Source: an uncultured bacterium (lineage in GTDB: Bacteria > Zixibacteria > MSB-5A5 > CAIYYT01). From it: DNA of 64,000 nucleotides. The stretch spans positions 320,001-384,000 of the forward strand of contig CAVSCK010000004.1 in the NCBI GenBank assembly GCA_963726455.1. Direction: 5' to 3'. The notes beneath the pieces are model-generated. The model had not been told where the DNA came from, searched no databases, and was given only the letters and a program-made list of their open reading frames with translations. The position numbers and the translations under genes are program-made. Of the stretch, positions 28,220-41,639 are shown in pieces. The stretch's first letter is position 1, and each line of letters starts with the position of its first letter.

Positions 28220-28792
28220 ATGGGACAGATCGAACAGGAATCTAATCAGGCAGAATCTCAGAATCCCGAGCCGGAAGATGGCGAGTCAACGGTGGAGCCA
28301 ACCTCCGGTGAACAAGTATTGAGTGCAGAGCAGCAGATTGCGATACTCAGTAACCAGATCGAGAAAGCCAAGGACGAGTACTTGCGTCTGGCAGCCGAGT
28401 TCGACAACTATAAGAAACGCACATCACGCGACTTCTCGAATCTCGTGAAGACTGCCAACGAAGGGCTGATAGTGGAATTGCTGGACGTGCTCGACAACTT
28501 TGAACGGGCGTTCAGCAGCCGAAACGAGAATCTCGACGTTGACACGTACCACAAGGGAATAGAAATGCTGCATGGTAAATTGCTGGATACCTTGTCGAAG
28601 GAGGGTTTGCAGCGTTTCGAGTCGGTCGGCCACAAGTTTGACCCCCGCTTCCATGAAGCCGTTATGCAGGTTGATAACTCGGAGGCCGAGCCGGACACGA
28701 TCGCAATCGAAATCCAGCCGGGCTATACGCTCAACGATAAGGTTATCAGGCACGCTCGCGTGGGAGTGGTTAGATCGAGGGACGATGGTTAG
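28220..28792 (+). CDS. grpE: Nucleotide exchange factor GrpE
   Basis: 'LRLAAEFDNYKKR', 'LLDVLDNFERA', 'FDPRFHEAV', 'GYTLNDKVIRHARV'. Confidence 0.97.
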   Translation: MGQIEQESNQAESQNPEPEDGESTVEPTSGEQVLSAEQQIAILSNQIEKAKDEYLRLAAEFDNYKKRTSRDFSNLVKTANEGLIVELLDVLDNFERAFSSRNENLDVDTYHKGIEMLHGKLLDTLSKEGLQRFESVGHKFDPRFHEAVMQVDNSEAEPDTIAIEIQPGYTLNDKVIRHARVGVVRSRDDG

Positions 28793-28850
28793 CGTTTGTC
28801 AGGGGGATTTTACAGACTAGAATATGTTCGTATCACAGATACAGATGTGA

Positions 28851-30810
<1,960 letters not shown>

Positions 30811-30858
30811 TTCCGTTGCAGCACGACGTAAGGCGTGCGCATTAGATTAGTTGAATAG

Positions 30859-32888
<2,030 letters not shown>

Positions 32889-33682
32889 CCAGACCACACA
32901 TTTCTTTGTCGAACCCGACCAAATCGAAAGTGATCGTTGCCATTTCGCCCGCGAAGAAGCTGACCATATTCTCCGAACACTTCGCCTGTCCGCAGGTGAC
33001 TTGATCAAGGTCACGGACGGCTTGGGCAATCTCTATGATGTAATGCTCGGGGAACCCGGTAGGCGAGGACTGATCGGAGAGATCGTCAAAGTCTCTCGCT
33101 GGCTGAACGAGCCGGGAATCGATCTCACGGTAGCATTCGGATTGACTTTGCAGGGAAAGGCAGATGACATAGTCGAGCAGTGCACGCAGCTTGGTGTCCG
33201 ATCGTTCATTCCGCTTCTGTCCGCAAATTCTCCAGTCCACCTCGACGAGGACAAGATCAGAACTAGAATCGAACGTTGGCGCAAAGTGGCGATCAGCGCC
33301 GTCAAACAATCATTGCGTTGCTATCTGCCTACTATCGGTGCGCCACGTGATGCCAATTCGCTGGCGAAGACTATCGGCGACTACGATCTTTCGCTCGTCG
33401 GTTCGTTTGCCGGAAAACGGTTGATCTGGAATGAGCAGTGTAGTAGCGCCAAGACATTGTTGCTGGTTACCGGACCGGAACAGGGGCTTACTCTTGACGA
33501 GGAAGCCGTATTAGAATCTGCGGGAGCTATGCCGATCACTCTCGGAGAGCGCCGCCTCCGCACTGAATTGGCGCCGGTAGTTATGACGACGCTTGTGCTT
33601 TCGCGAGCGGACATTCTCTAGCATACCCGATCATAAGCCCGCGCCGTTGCATGGGTTACGACTGTAACTATATTGCAGTAAT

Positions 33683-33690
33683 GCCGATAA
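33683..33690 (+). promoter_or_regulatory. Sigma28-like -10 element upstream of pilD
   Basis: Exact GCCGATAA ending 5 nt before ATG 33696. The -35 is weak (GTAA/TAAC). Confidence 0.4.
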
Positions 33691-33695
33691 CACTT

Positions 33696-34484
33696 ATGAT
33701 GAACGAAATCATGCCACAAATATTCGTCGCGTTCGCCGGCGCCATCGTCGGATCATTCCTGAACGTGCTGATTTGTCGGCTGCCGAAGAATGAGAATTTT
33801 GTCTCCGGCAGGTCTCATTGTCCGCAATGTGGTGCGCTGATTCACTGGTACGACAATTTGCCGGTTCTCAGCTACATGATACTGCGGGGAAAGTGCCGGC
33901 ACTGTCATAAGCACATATCGCTGCAATATCCGCTGGTAGAGATCGGCACGGCGATTCTCTTTCTGTTGGCATTTCGATTGTATGGGTGGCAGGTGCAGTC
34001 CGCGATAGTCTGCGTGTTCTTCTGCCTGCTCTTGGTTGTGACCGTGATCGATTTCCGGCATTACATCATTCCGGACAAGATCACGATTCCGGGAATGATC
34101 CTGGGCGTTGCCACTTCATTCGTGAGCCCAACGTTGCGCCCGTTAGACTCAGTGATCGGGCTGGTCGCCGGCGGTGCGTCGTTGTTTCTGTTGGCGTTGC
34201 TCGGAGATTTCCTGTTCAAGAAGGAGTCTTTAGGCGGCGGCGACGTCAAGCTGGCGGCGATGTTGGGCGCATTCCTCGGCTGGCGCAGCATCTTGGTGAT
34301 CTTTTTCGCTGCTGCCGTGCTCGGTCTGGTGTATGCGCTAATTTACATGGTGTTCTCCCGACAGATGCGTCAGACACGCATGATCCCGTTCGGTCCATTC
34401 CTGTCGCTGGCAGCCATAATTGCGCTCTTTTTCGGCAACTACCTGATCAACCTCTATGTCGAGAAAGTCCTGGCGCTACAATAG
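33696..34484 (+). CDS. pilD: Prepilin peptidase/N-methyltransferase (A24A)
   Basis: 'GSFLNVLICRLP', 'RSHCPQC...WYDNLPVLSY..LRGKCRHC...ISLQYPLVE', 'GGGDVKL', 'IPFGPFL'. Start uncertain (33696, 33699 or 33711). Confidence 0.93.
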   Translation: MMNEIMPQIFVAFAGAIVGSFLNVLICRLPKNENFVSGRSHCPQCGALIHWYDNLPVLSYMILRGKCRHCHKHISLQYPLVEIGTAILFLLAFRLYGWQVQSAIVCVFFCLLLVVTVIDFRHYIIPDKITIPGMILGVATSFVSPTLRPLDSVIGLVAGGASLFLLALLGDFLFKKESLGGGDVKLAAMLGAFLGWRSILVIFFAAAVLGLVYALIYMVFSRQMRQTRMIPFGPFLSLAAIIALFFGNYLINLYVEKVLALQ

Positions 34485-34513
34485 TTCGTTCGGTCTCTCG
34501 TATGCGAACCGCT

Positions 34514-34540
34514 TACAAAATCGCACTTTCCTGACGATAA
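34514..34540 (+). promoter_or_regulatory. Sigma28-like promoter upstream of the histidine kinase
   Basis: TACA (34514-34517), 15-nt spacer, GACGATAA (34533-34540), against TAAA-N15-GCCGATAA. It ends 7 nt before GTG 34548. Confidence 0.45.
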
Positions 34541-34547
34541 CTCTAAT

Positions 34548-36461
34548 GTGAAGCTGCAATTTCTTGACAAGTGGCAGAAGCGCCTCGGTTCCAGCTATGA
34601 GGCCCGCATTCGCGTCACGCTCGGCCTGATGTTCCTGCTCATCATCGTCGCCAATCTCAATTCACTCCGTTTCTTCAGTCAGAGCCAGTCGCTGCAGACC
34701 GGCACGCTTAAGTATCGTGTGGTTGATAATCTGGAAAAGGCGGCGAACAGTATCAAGGCCAATCCTGCGGAGCTGGCTCGTTCGGCGCAGTTTCGCGATC
34801 TGGCACATGCCGCCGGATTCACGCGTATCGACCTGGTGGAAACAGAATTACTGCAGCGCGAGGAAATCGGCAAGTCAGAATTGGTTGACTCGGTAACATT
34901 GAGTCGCTTACGGAACGCCTACGATCATGATAAAGAAGTCGCCGGAGTAGTTGGCGCAGGTCTGCCGGCAACAGTCTCCGAAGTCTTTACATCGGACAAC
35001 GGTTCGCCGGTTCGCGCCGTTGCATATCATTTCATAGGCGACAAAGGCAAAGGGCTTACTTTAGTTGCGACACTGCCCGCCGATACCGAGGTTGGCTTGC
35101 AGCGTTTCTCGCGGCTCAACACGTTGTTTCAGTTGCTAAGCATTGCGGCGGCTTTTACCATCGCCATTCTTCTGCTAAAGATAACACTTAAACCGTATCT
35201 CCAGATCAAGAAGCAGGCGCTGGCGGCAGCGGTCGCGAAAACCGATCAGCCGGAAGCAATGGATTTTGCGGTGCAGACTTTCCAACGGGTAATAACGGAA
35301 TTGCGACATAAAGAAGCCGTTTTGCAGCGGCTCTACGCTCAGCAAAAGGATCGCGCGATTTCCCTTGAAAGATACAATGAATACATCCTTGCAGCTATGC
35401 CGTCGGCGGTCATAAGCTGCGACAACGAGGGCGTTGTCACTAATTACAATAGTGCCGCCGAGGCGATCTTCAAAATACCGGCAAGCGCGGCGATCGGGCA
35501 CAACTACCACTATGCACTTGCCGATTATGCTATGTTCGCGCAGATGATTGAGGATGCGCTTGCCAAGAGCAGGGAATCATCGAAACCCGAAATCGAAGTA
35601 CATCTCGTTGACCAGCAGTGTCTCTGGCTCAGCGTTGACTGCACATTGCTGCGCGACAATGTCGGAGCCGTCAAAGGCGCGATGGTGCTGATCTCTGATC
35701 TGACGGACCTTAAGCGGCTCGAATCAGAAGTTGCCATCAAGGAGCAGATGGCGGCTTTGGGCGAGATGTCAGCCGGCCTGGCGCACCAATTGCGCAATTC
35801 GCTGGCAGCGGTCGTCGGCTTTGCCCAGCTCTTGCGAAAACTCGCCGTGGGGATCGACCAGGTGCCAGAGATCGTTACGAATATCTTGACCGAAGCTCAG
35901 GCGACAGAGGAAATGCTCACTCGATTTTTGAGCTTGTCACGCCATGAAGCCGTCCAGTTGCAGGAAGTGGATTTCGAGGAAATTCAACGTACTGTGGAGA
36001 CGCATTTTGCGTCAGAGGTTGAGTCTGGCCGAGTGCGTTTGCAGTTCACAGTAGATCAATGTGCGGCAAAGCTGACTTGTGATGCGGTACTAATTTCCAA
36101 TGTTCTGGTTAACCTCGTGCAGAACAGTATCGAAGCGTCGGTCCCCGGTAGCGAGGTCAAGATCAGAGTTTATTCCTCCGGGTTTGGCGAAACCGTCGGG
36201 GTCAAGGTCTCCGATAATGGCAAGGGCATACCTCCGGAGAACATCGATGAGATCTTCCTGCCGTTCTTCACTTCCGGCAAGCCGAATGGAACCGGTCTGG
36301 GACTGGCACTGGTACGAAAGTGGATAGTTTGCCATGGCGGCGAGGTTACCTGCGAATCCGCGCCGAATCGGGGGACAACGTTCACGATCATGCTGCCGCA
36401 GAAGCGCGGGAACGACGAAACGGCGCGGCCTTGCAGCAAGATAAACCTTGCCAAAGTCTAA
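34548..36461 (+). CDS. Membrane PAS-domain sensor histidine kinase (NtrB/PilS-like), no adjacent response regulator
   Basis: Two TM helices, PAS 'ILAAMPSAVISCDNEGVVTNYNSAAE', H-box 'LGEMSAGLAHQLRNSL', 'NLVQNSIEA', 'DNGKGIP', 'GTGLGLA'. Confidence 0.93.
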   Translation: MKLQFLDKWQKRLGSSYEARIRVTLGLMFLLIIVANLNSLRFFSQSQSLQTGTLKYRVVDNLEKAANSIKANPAELARSAQFRDLAHAAGFTRIDLVETELLQREEIGKSELVDSVTLSRLRNAYDHDKEVAGVVGAGLPATVSEVFTSDNGSPVRAVAYHFIGDKGKGLTLVATLPADTEVGLQRFSRLNTLFQLLSIAAAFTIAILLLKITLKPYLQIKKQALAAAVAKTDQPEAMDFAVQTFQRVITELRHKEAVLQRLYAQQKDRAISLERYNEYILAAMPSAVISCDNEGVVTNYNSAAEAIFKIPASAAIGHNYHYALADYAMFAQMIEDALAKSRESSKPEIEVHLVDQQCLWLSVDCTLLRDNVGAVKGAMVLISDLTDLKRLESEVAIKEQMAALGEMSAGLAHQLRNSLAAVVGFAQLLRKLAVGIDQVPEIVTNILTEAQATEEMLTRFLSLSRHEAVQLQEVDFEEIQRTVETHFASEVESGRVRLQFTVDQCAAKLTCDAVLISNVLVNLVQNSIEASVPGSEVKIRVYSSGFGETVGVKVSDNGKGIPPENIDEIFLPFFTSGKPNGTGLGLALVRKWIVCHGGEVTCESAPNRGTTFTIMLPQKRGNDETARPCSKINLAKV

Positions 36462-36546
36462 ATACTGCTTATATTTACCTCTGTCGTCAGTTTGTGTTAT
36501 CCCGCACAACTGGTTACTGTCTTCACGTGTTTAAGGAGCTCTCCTG

Positions 36547-38754
36547 ATGTCACAACGTTACAGCATTTTCCTTTTGCTGGTTTTCGCAGTTTGCCTGTTC
36601 GGCACCGCCGGGGCGACCGCGAAGTACTCTACTGTTCAAATCACACTGGATACCAAAGCCGACTACGAAAAAGTTCGCGCCTTCGGGTTCGAGCATGTCA
36701 TAGTCCGCGATGGATCTGCCGAAGCTGTTGTTTCGCAGAGCGATTTGCTGCGGCTCCAGGCGACCGGCCTGAAGTACACCGTCTCCATCGACGACATGAC
36801 CGCCTTCTATCAGAGCCGGTTCGACGCCACTCGAACGATGGGTGGCTATCGCACTCTCAGCGAAATCGGATTAGTGCTCGATTCCATTTCCAATGCTTAC
36901 CCTGGAATCGTCACGCCCAAGGCCAGCATGGGCAACTCTCTCGAAGGGCGCCCTATCTGGTTTGTGAAGATTTCCGATAACCCGAGCGTTAATGAGAACG
37001 AACCTGAAGTCTATTACTATGCCTGCCATCACGCGCGTGAGGTCATCACTCCGGAAGTGCTGATCTATTTCATGCGCTACTTGACGAGCAATTATGGCAC
37101 CAACCCGCAGGTGACATATCTGGTAAACAATCGTGAGTTATTTTTCGCGCCCTGTCTGAATCCCGATGGCTACTACTACAACCAGGAGACCGATCCGGGT
37201 GGCGGCGGCATGTGGCGCAAGAATCGGCGCAACAGTGGCGACGGCAATTTCGGTGTCGATATTAACCGCAATTACGGCTATCAGTGGGGATACGATGACA
37301 TTGGTTCCTCTCCCAGTACGGGAAGTGAAACTTATCGAGGCACGGCGCCCTTTTCGGAGCCGGAGATTGCGGCGCAACGGACGTTCATCAACGCGCATCA
37401 ATTCAAAGTCATCGTCAACTATCATTCCTACGCCGGTTTGTTCCTGTATCCGTGGGGATATGACAATATCTTCGCGCCGGATGATGATATCTTCAGACAA
37501 ATGGGCGACACTGTCAACGCAATGACCGGCTACGAGGCGGGACCGCCGTGGCAAGTATTGTATTCGGTCAACGGTGGAAGTTTTGACTGGGAATACGGCG
37601 AGCAAATTTCAAAGCCGAAAATCTACGCTATCAGTGTGGAAGTCGGTGACGGCGCGGACGGTTTCTGGCCGCCGACCAGCCGCATCGCGCCACTGGTTCA
37701 ATTGCACTTGCAGCCGAATCTTTTCTATGCGCGCATGGCCGGTAACCCCGAAGCGCTGCGGCCACCTGCAATGCCGACGATCTACGCAATCGGCAATGTC
37801 GACACGACCTATTTCCAACTCTATTGGCATCACTATGATCAGGCGAATCCGGCCCTTAGTTTCGAGGTCTGGCAGATGAGCAATCTGGCAAGCATCACGG
37901 ACAATCTGGAAGGTACTGGACCGACCTGGAATTCGAACGGATTCACGCTGACGACGTCTCAGGCGCATTCGGCCACCCACTCCTATTTTGGTGGCAACGT
38001 CAGCAATCTGAACACCACCCTGGCCATGGATCAGACGTTCACGGTTAGTCTTGGTGACACTCTCCAATTCTGGACATCCTATAATCATGAGTCCGGCTAT
38101 GACTACGGCTATGTAGAAGCATCGACCAACGGCGGCTCGACCTGGTCATCAATTCCCGGAAACATTACCACGACGGCTAATCCTCACGGCTACAACCAGG
38201 GCTTCGGGATTAACGGCAATTCCTCTGGATGGGTGCTTGCCAAGTTTCCGTTAAGTCTCTTCGCCGGCAGCAGCATCTTGCTCCGGTTCCATTATACGTC
38301 CGACGGCGGTGTCAATAACGGCGGTTGGTACATCGACGATATCTATCCTGTCGAATACTACACCACGATGACTAAATTATCCGATACAGTGGAAGATACT
38401 ACGCTACTGGTTCAAAACCTGCAAAACGGAGATTACTATTACAAGCTGCGCGCAAAGGATCCGCAAAATCAATTCTCGGGGTTTAGCCCGACGGAAGTTG
38501 CGCACGTGTCGTTCAGCACCTGCAGTTATTCGGTTGGAGATGCCGACAATTCGGGCAATTACGACATTTCCGATGCGGTCTACCTTATAGAGTATATCTT
38601 CAGCGGTGGTCCGGCGCCGTCGCCGAACGCAGTTGGATCGGGAGATGTGGATTGCTCAGGCGGCGTCGATATCAGCGATGCTGTCTATCTTATCGCTTAT
38701 ATCTTCGGCGGTGGACCCGCACCTGCGCCCACCTGTAATTGCCAGGACTATTGA
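36547..38754 (+). CDS. Secreted M14 zinc carboxypeptidase (CPT-like) with beta-sandwich domains and C-terminal dockerin-like module
   Basis: Signal peptide, 'HHARE', 'WRKNRR', 'GVDINRNY', 'YHSY', then 'YDYGYVEASTNGGSTW' domain. C-terminus 'GDADNSGNYDISDAVYLIEYIF...GDVDCSGGVDISDAVYLIAYIF'. Confidence 0.92.
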   Translation: MSQRYSIFLLLVFAVCLFGTAGATAKYSTVQITLDTKADYEKVRAFGFEHVIVRDGSAEAVVSQSDLLRLQATGLKYTVSIDDMTAFYQSRFDATRTMGGYRTLSEIGLVLDSISNAYPGIVTPKASMGNSLEGRPIWFVKISDNPSVNENEPEVYYYACHHAREVITPEVLIYFMRYLTSNYGTNPQVTYLVNNRELFFAPCLNPDGYYYNQETDPGGGGMWRKNRRNSGDGNFGVDINRNYGYQWGYDDIGSSPSTGSETYRGTAPFSEPEIAAQRTFINAHQFKVIVNYHSYAGLFLYPWGYDNIFAPDDDIFRQMGDTVNAMTGYEAGPPWQVLYSVNGGSFDWEYGEQISKPKIYAISVEVGDGADGFWPPTSRIAPLVQLHLQPNLFYARMAGNPEALRPPAMPTIYAIGNVDTTYFQLYWHHYDQANPALSFEVWQMSNLASITDNLEGTGPTWNSNGFTLTTSQAHSATHSYFGGNVSNLNTTLAMDQTFTVSLGDTLQFWTSYNHESGYDYGYVEASTNGGSTWSSIPGNITTTANPHGYNQGFGINGNSSGWVLAKFPLSLFAGSSILLRFHYTSDGGVNNGGWYIDDIYPVEYYTTMTKLSDTVEDTTLLVQNLQNGDYYYKLRAKDPQNQFSGFSPTEVAHVSFSTCSYSVGDADNSGNYDISDAVYLIEYIFSGGPAPSPNAVGSGDVDCSGGVDISDAVYLIAYIFGGGPAPAPTCNCQDY

Positions 38755-38792
38755 TCAATCGGACTACAAATGTCCGTCGAGTGATTTCGATT

Positions 38793-38830
38793 AGGCGGGA
38801 GTCGCCAGGCAACTCTCGCCTGTCTTTTTT
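38793..38830 (+). terminator. Intrinsic terminator
   Basis: AGGCGGGAGT / ACTCTCGCCT 10-bp stem followed by GTCTTTTTT. Confidence 0.75.
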
Positions 38831-39214
38831 GTCCCCCAAAAAAAGTTTGGCAGAAGCGTCAATCGCCTCTGCCAAGTGGATAATTAGGTAAGACACTACT
38901 GGCCAAGATACTTTATCAGGAAGCAAAAACCCTGCCACTGACTAGCCGGCGTAAGTCGTTGTCATACAAGACGCGACAATGATCGATTGCGGCGCGGTCA
39001 GATCGGCGTGTACGAGATTTCGACAGTGAGACAGATGCTTCCCCAGCCGTTTTCTATCAAGTCATTGAATATGAGAATGTTACCAGTTAACAAAATTTGG
39101 TGGGTTTTCAGAACACCCTCCAGTTCATTCAGATACGGCACCTGACTTCCGGATTGGGCAAGCTTTGTGTCGAAAGCGATTTTCAACCGCATGAAAAACA
39201 GTTAACATTATTAG

Positions 39215-40417
39215 ATGGAGCCTGAACTTCAATTGGAGAAGATCTATTCTGTCTCTGAGATAACCGCCGAGATAAAGAATCTGCTGGAATCGGAGTTTCA
39301 GTCGGTCTGGGTGGAAGGCGAAATCTCCAACTATCTGCATCATACTTCCGGTCACCGCTATTTCACGTTGAAGGATGCGTCTGCGCAAATCAAGGCCGTG
39401 ATCTGGCGCTTCACGGCACAAGGACTGCAATTCGAACCGAAAGACGGCCTCAAAGTACGCGTGTTTGGTGACGTCACACTTTACGAGAAAGGTGGCAACT
39501 ACCAACTCCGTGTATCACGAATTCTGCCGCTCGGCAAAGGAAGTCTGGAAGAGCAATTCCAGAAGCTCAAAGAGAAGCTTTTACAGGAAGGTTTGTTCGC
39601 TGAAGAACGCAAGCGTCCGATACCGGAGTATCCGCGCGCGATAGGGGTTGTATCCTCACCGACCGGAGCCGCGATCAGGGACATAATCAATATCTGCACC
39701 CGGCGCGCTCCTCAGGTGCGGCTGGTGTTGAGGCCGACGCGCGTGCAAGGGGACGGCGCCGCCGAGGACATTGTCAAAGCGATTCAGGAATTCAACGCCT
39801 GGGGGCAGGTGGATGTTCTGATCGTCGGACGTGGCGGCGGCTCGCTGGAAGATTTATGGGCATTCAATGAAGAGATCGTCGCGCGCGCAATATTCGCATC
39901 GGAAATACCAGTCATCTCGGCAGTCGGGCACGAAATCGATTTTTCGATATCAGACTTCGTTGCCGATCTGCGTGCCGCAACACCATCAGCAGCCGCCGAA
40001 ATCGCAACCTATGATGCTCAGAGCATCACTGCTTTCGTGACGGAATCGCGCGCGCGTTTGGGCCGAGCTCTAATTCGCACGGTCGGAATGCGCCGCCAAT
40101 TATTGGAGCAACTGGTCAAGTCGCGCATATTTGTCTCGCCGCAGGTGCTTCTGGAGAAACCCTCACAGCGCTTGGATGATTGCGTGACCCGAATTAGGAA
40201 TAGCTCCGAACTGCTACTTCTGAAGAATCAGAACCGGTTGACGCTTGCAAATCACAAGCTGGCCGCACTTTCACCTGACAGTGTGCTTAAGCGGGGATAT
40301 GCGGTGATCACGCGTCGGCCCGATCAGACAATTGTCAAACAGGCCGCTGAATTGAGCGGTGGGGATGCAGTTGCTATCAAGTTCTCGGATGGCTCCAAGC
40401 CGGCGAAAATCGAGTAG
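39215..40417 (+). CDS. xseA: Exodeoxyribonuclease VII large subunit
   Basis: 'VWVEGEISN', 'SGHRYFTLKD', 'SPTGAAIRD', 'RGGGSLEDLWAFNEE', 'SAVGHEIDF'. Confidence 0.97.
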   Translation: MEPELQLEKIYSVSEITAEIKNLLESEFQSVWVEGEISNYLHHTSGHRYFTLKDASAQIKAVIWRFTAQGLQFEPKDGLKVRVFGDVTLYEKGGNYQLRVSRILPLGKGSLEEQFQKLKEKLLQEGLFAEERKRPIPEYPRAIGVVSSPTGAAIRDIINICTRRAPQVRLVLRPTRVQGDGAAEDIVKAIQEFNAWGQVDVLIVGRGGGSLEDLWAFNEEIVARAIFASEIPVISAVGHEIDFSISDFVADLRAATPSAAAEIATYDAQSITAFVTESRARLGRALIRTVGMRRQLLEQLVKSRIFVSPQVLLEKPSQRLDDCVTRIRNSSELLLLKNQNRLTLANHKLAALSPDSVLKRGYAVITRRPDQTIVKQAAELSGGDAVAIKFSDGSKPAKIE

Positions 40418-40434
40418 TCCTGTCGCGGAAGTGG

Positions 40435-40463
40435 TTGCTGATAATGGGGAAAAAGGTTATAAT
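40435..40463 (+). promoter_or_regulatory. Sigma70-type promoter for xseB-ispA
   Basis: TTGCTG (40435-40440), 17-nt spacer, TATAAT (40458-40463). Confidence 0.65.
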
Positions 40464-40499
40464 AAGAATCTGTAAACTAGCCAATTGGATGAGGTAGTC

Positions 40500-40736
40500 T
40501 TGCCCGAAAAACAAGATACTTTCGAAAAGAACCTCAAGCAGCTTGAGGAAGTGGTAGCCAAACTGGAACAGGGAGATCTGCCACTGGATGAGGCCTTGAA
40601 GCTCTTTCAAGAGGGCATGCGGCTGTCGAAACTTTGTTCCGAAAAGCTTTCGACCGTGGAGCAGGAAATCAAGAAACTCGTGGCCGAGGGTGAGAAGTTC
40701 AAGCTGGAAACATTCGAGCACGATACCAATGCCTGA
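40500..40736 (+). CDS. xseB: Exodeoxyribonuclease VII small subunit
   Basis: '[39 protein letters not shown]'. TTG 40500 follows GAGG. Confidence 0.95.
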   Translation: MPEKQDTFEKNLKQLEEVVAKLEQGDLPLDEALKLFQEGMRLSKLCSEKLSTVEQEIKKLVAEGEKFKLETFEHDTNA

Positions 40737-41604
40737 ATTTGCCGGAAAAACACTCGCTGCCTTTGCACGTTTGCGCGAGCAGATTGATGCTGCCATTGAC
40801 ACTGTTCTCCCGCCTGCCGATCTGGAGCCGGTCGACCTGCATCAGGCGATGCGCTACTCGGTGTTGGCCGGCGGCAAGCGAATCCGCCCAATTCTGGCAG
40901 TGTCCTCATATCATGCCGGCGGCGGCAACTCCGAAAGTATATACAGATATGCTTCTGCTCTCGAGTTGCTTCACACCTACTCGCTGATTCACGACGACCT
41001 TCCCTGCATGGATGACGATGACTTTCGGCGCGGCCAGCCAACGTTACATCGTAAGTTCCCTGAATACATTGCCGTCCTTGCCGGCGACGCGTTGCATGCG
41101 CTCGCATTTGAAATACTGGCTGAGTCAGGCAATTGCGAAGTAGTGAGCCAGGTGGGTAAGGCAATCGGTACTGTGGGCATGATCGGCGGACAAGTCCGCG
41201 ATGTTCAGGCCGAAGGCCACGAAGTAACACTTGCCGATGTGGAGAATATTCACAAGCGAAAGACAGCCGCGTTGATCACGGCCTCAATTACCATGGGCGC
41301 ACTGTTGGCCAGAGCGCCGCGCAATGAAGTAAAGATGCTGGAAATATTCGGCGAGAAGCTGGGGCTGGCATTCCAGATAGTTGACGATATCTTGGACGTC
41401 GAAGGTGATTTCGAAAGTCTCGGCAAGTCCGTGGGATCTGATGACCGGCTGGCCAAAGCGACCTATCCCAAAGTCGTCGGCCTGGAGGCCTCGCGAAAGA
41501 TCGCCACGAACTTGATTGCCGAGGCCAAGGCAGCTCTGGAACATTACCCCGGCCGCGAAGTTTTCTGGCATTTAGCGGATTATATACTGGCGCGCGAAAC
41601 TTAA
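40729..41604 (+). CDS. ispA: Farnesyl/geranylgeranyl diphosphate synthase
   Basis: 'GGKRIRP', '[21 protein letters not shown]', '[12 protein letters not shown]'; xseB-ispA-dxs synteny. Confidence 0.95.
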   Translation: MPEFAGKTLAAFARLREQIDAAIDTVLPPADLEPVDLHQAMRYSVLAGGKRIRPILAVSSYHAGGGNSESIYRYASALELLHTYSLIHDDLPCMDDDDFRRGQPTLHRKFPEYIAVLAGDALHALAFEILAESGNCEVVSQVGKAIGTVGMIGGQVRDVQAEGHEVTLADVENIHKRKTAALITASITMGALLARAPRNEVKMLEIFGEKLGLAFQIVDDILDVEGDFESLGKSVGSDDRLAKATYPKVVGLEASRKIATNLIAEAKAALEHYPGREVFWHLADYILARET

Positions 41605-41639
41605 CGAACCTGTAGACGGGTTCTGAGTATGATAAACAG

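Noticed and set aside
38831-39230. oriC or dif site
   Set aside because: Only one imperfect DnaA box, and no dnaA, gidA or parAB nearby. A XerD-like half site (TAATGTTAACT, minus strand) has no matching XerC arm.
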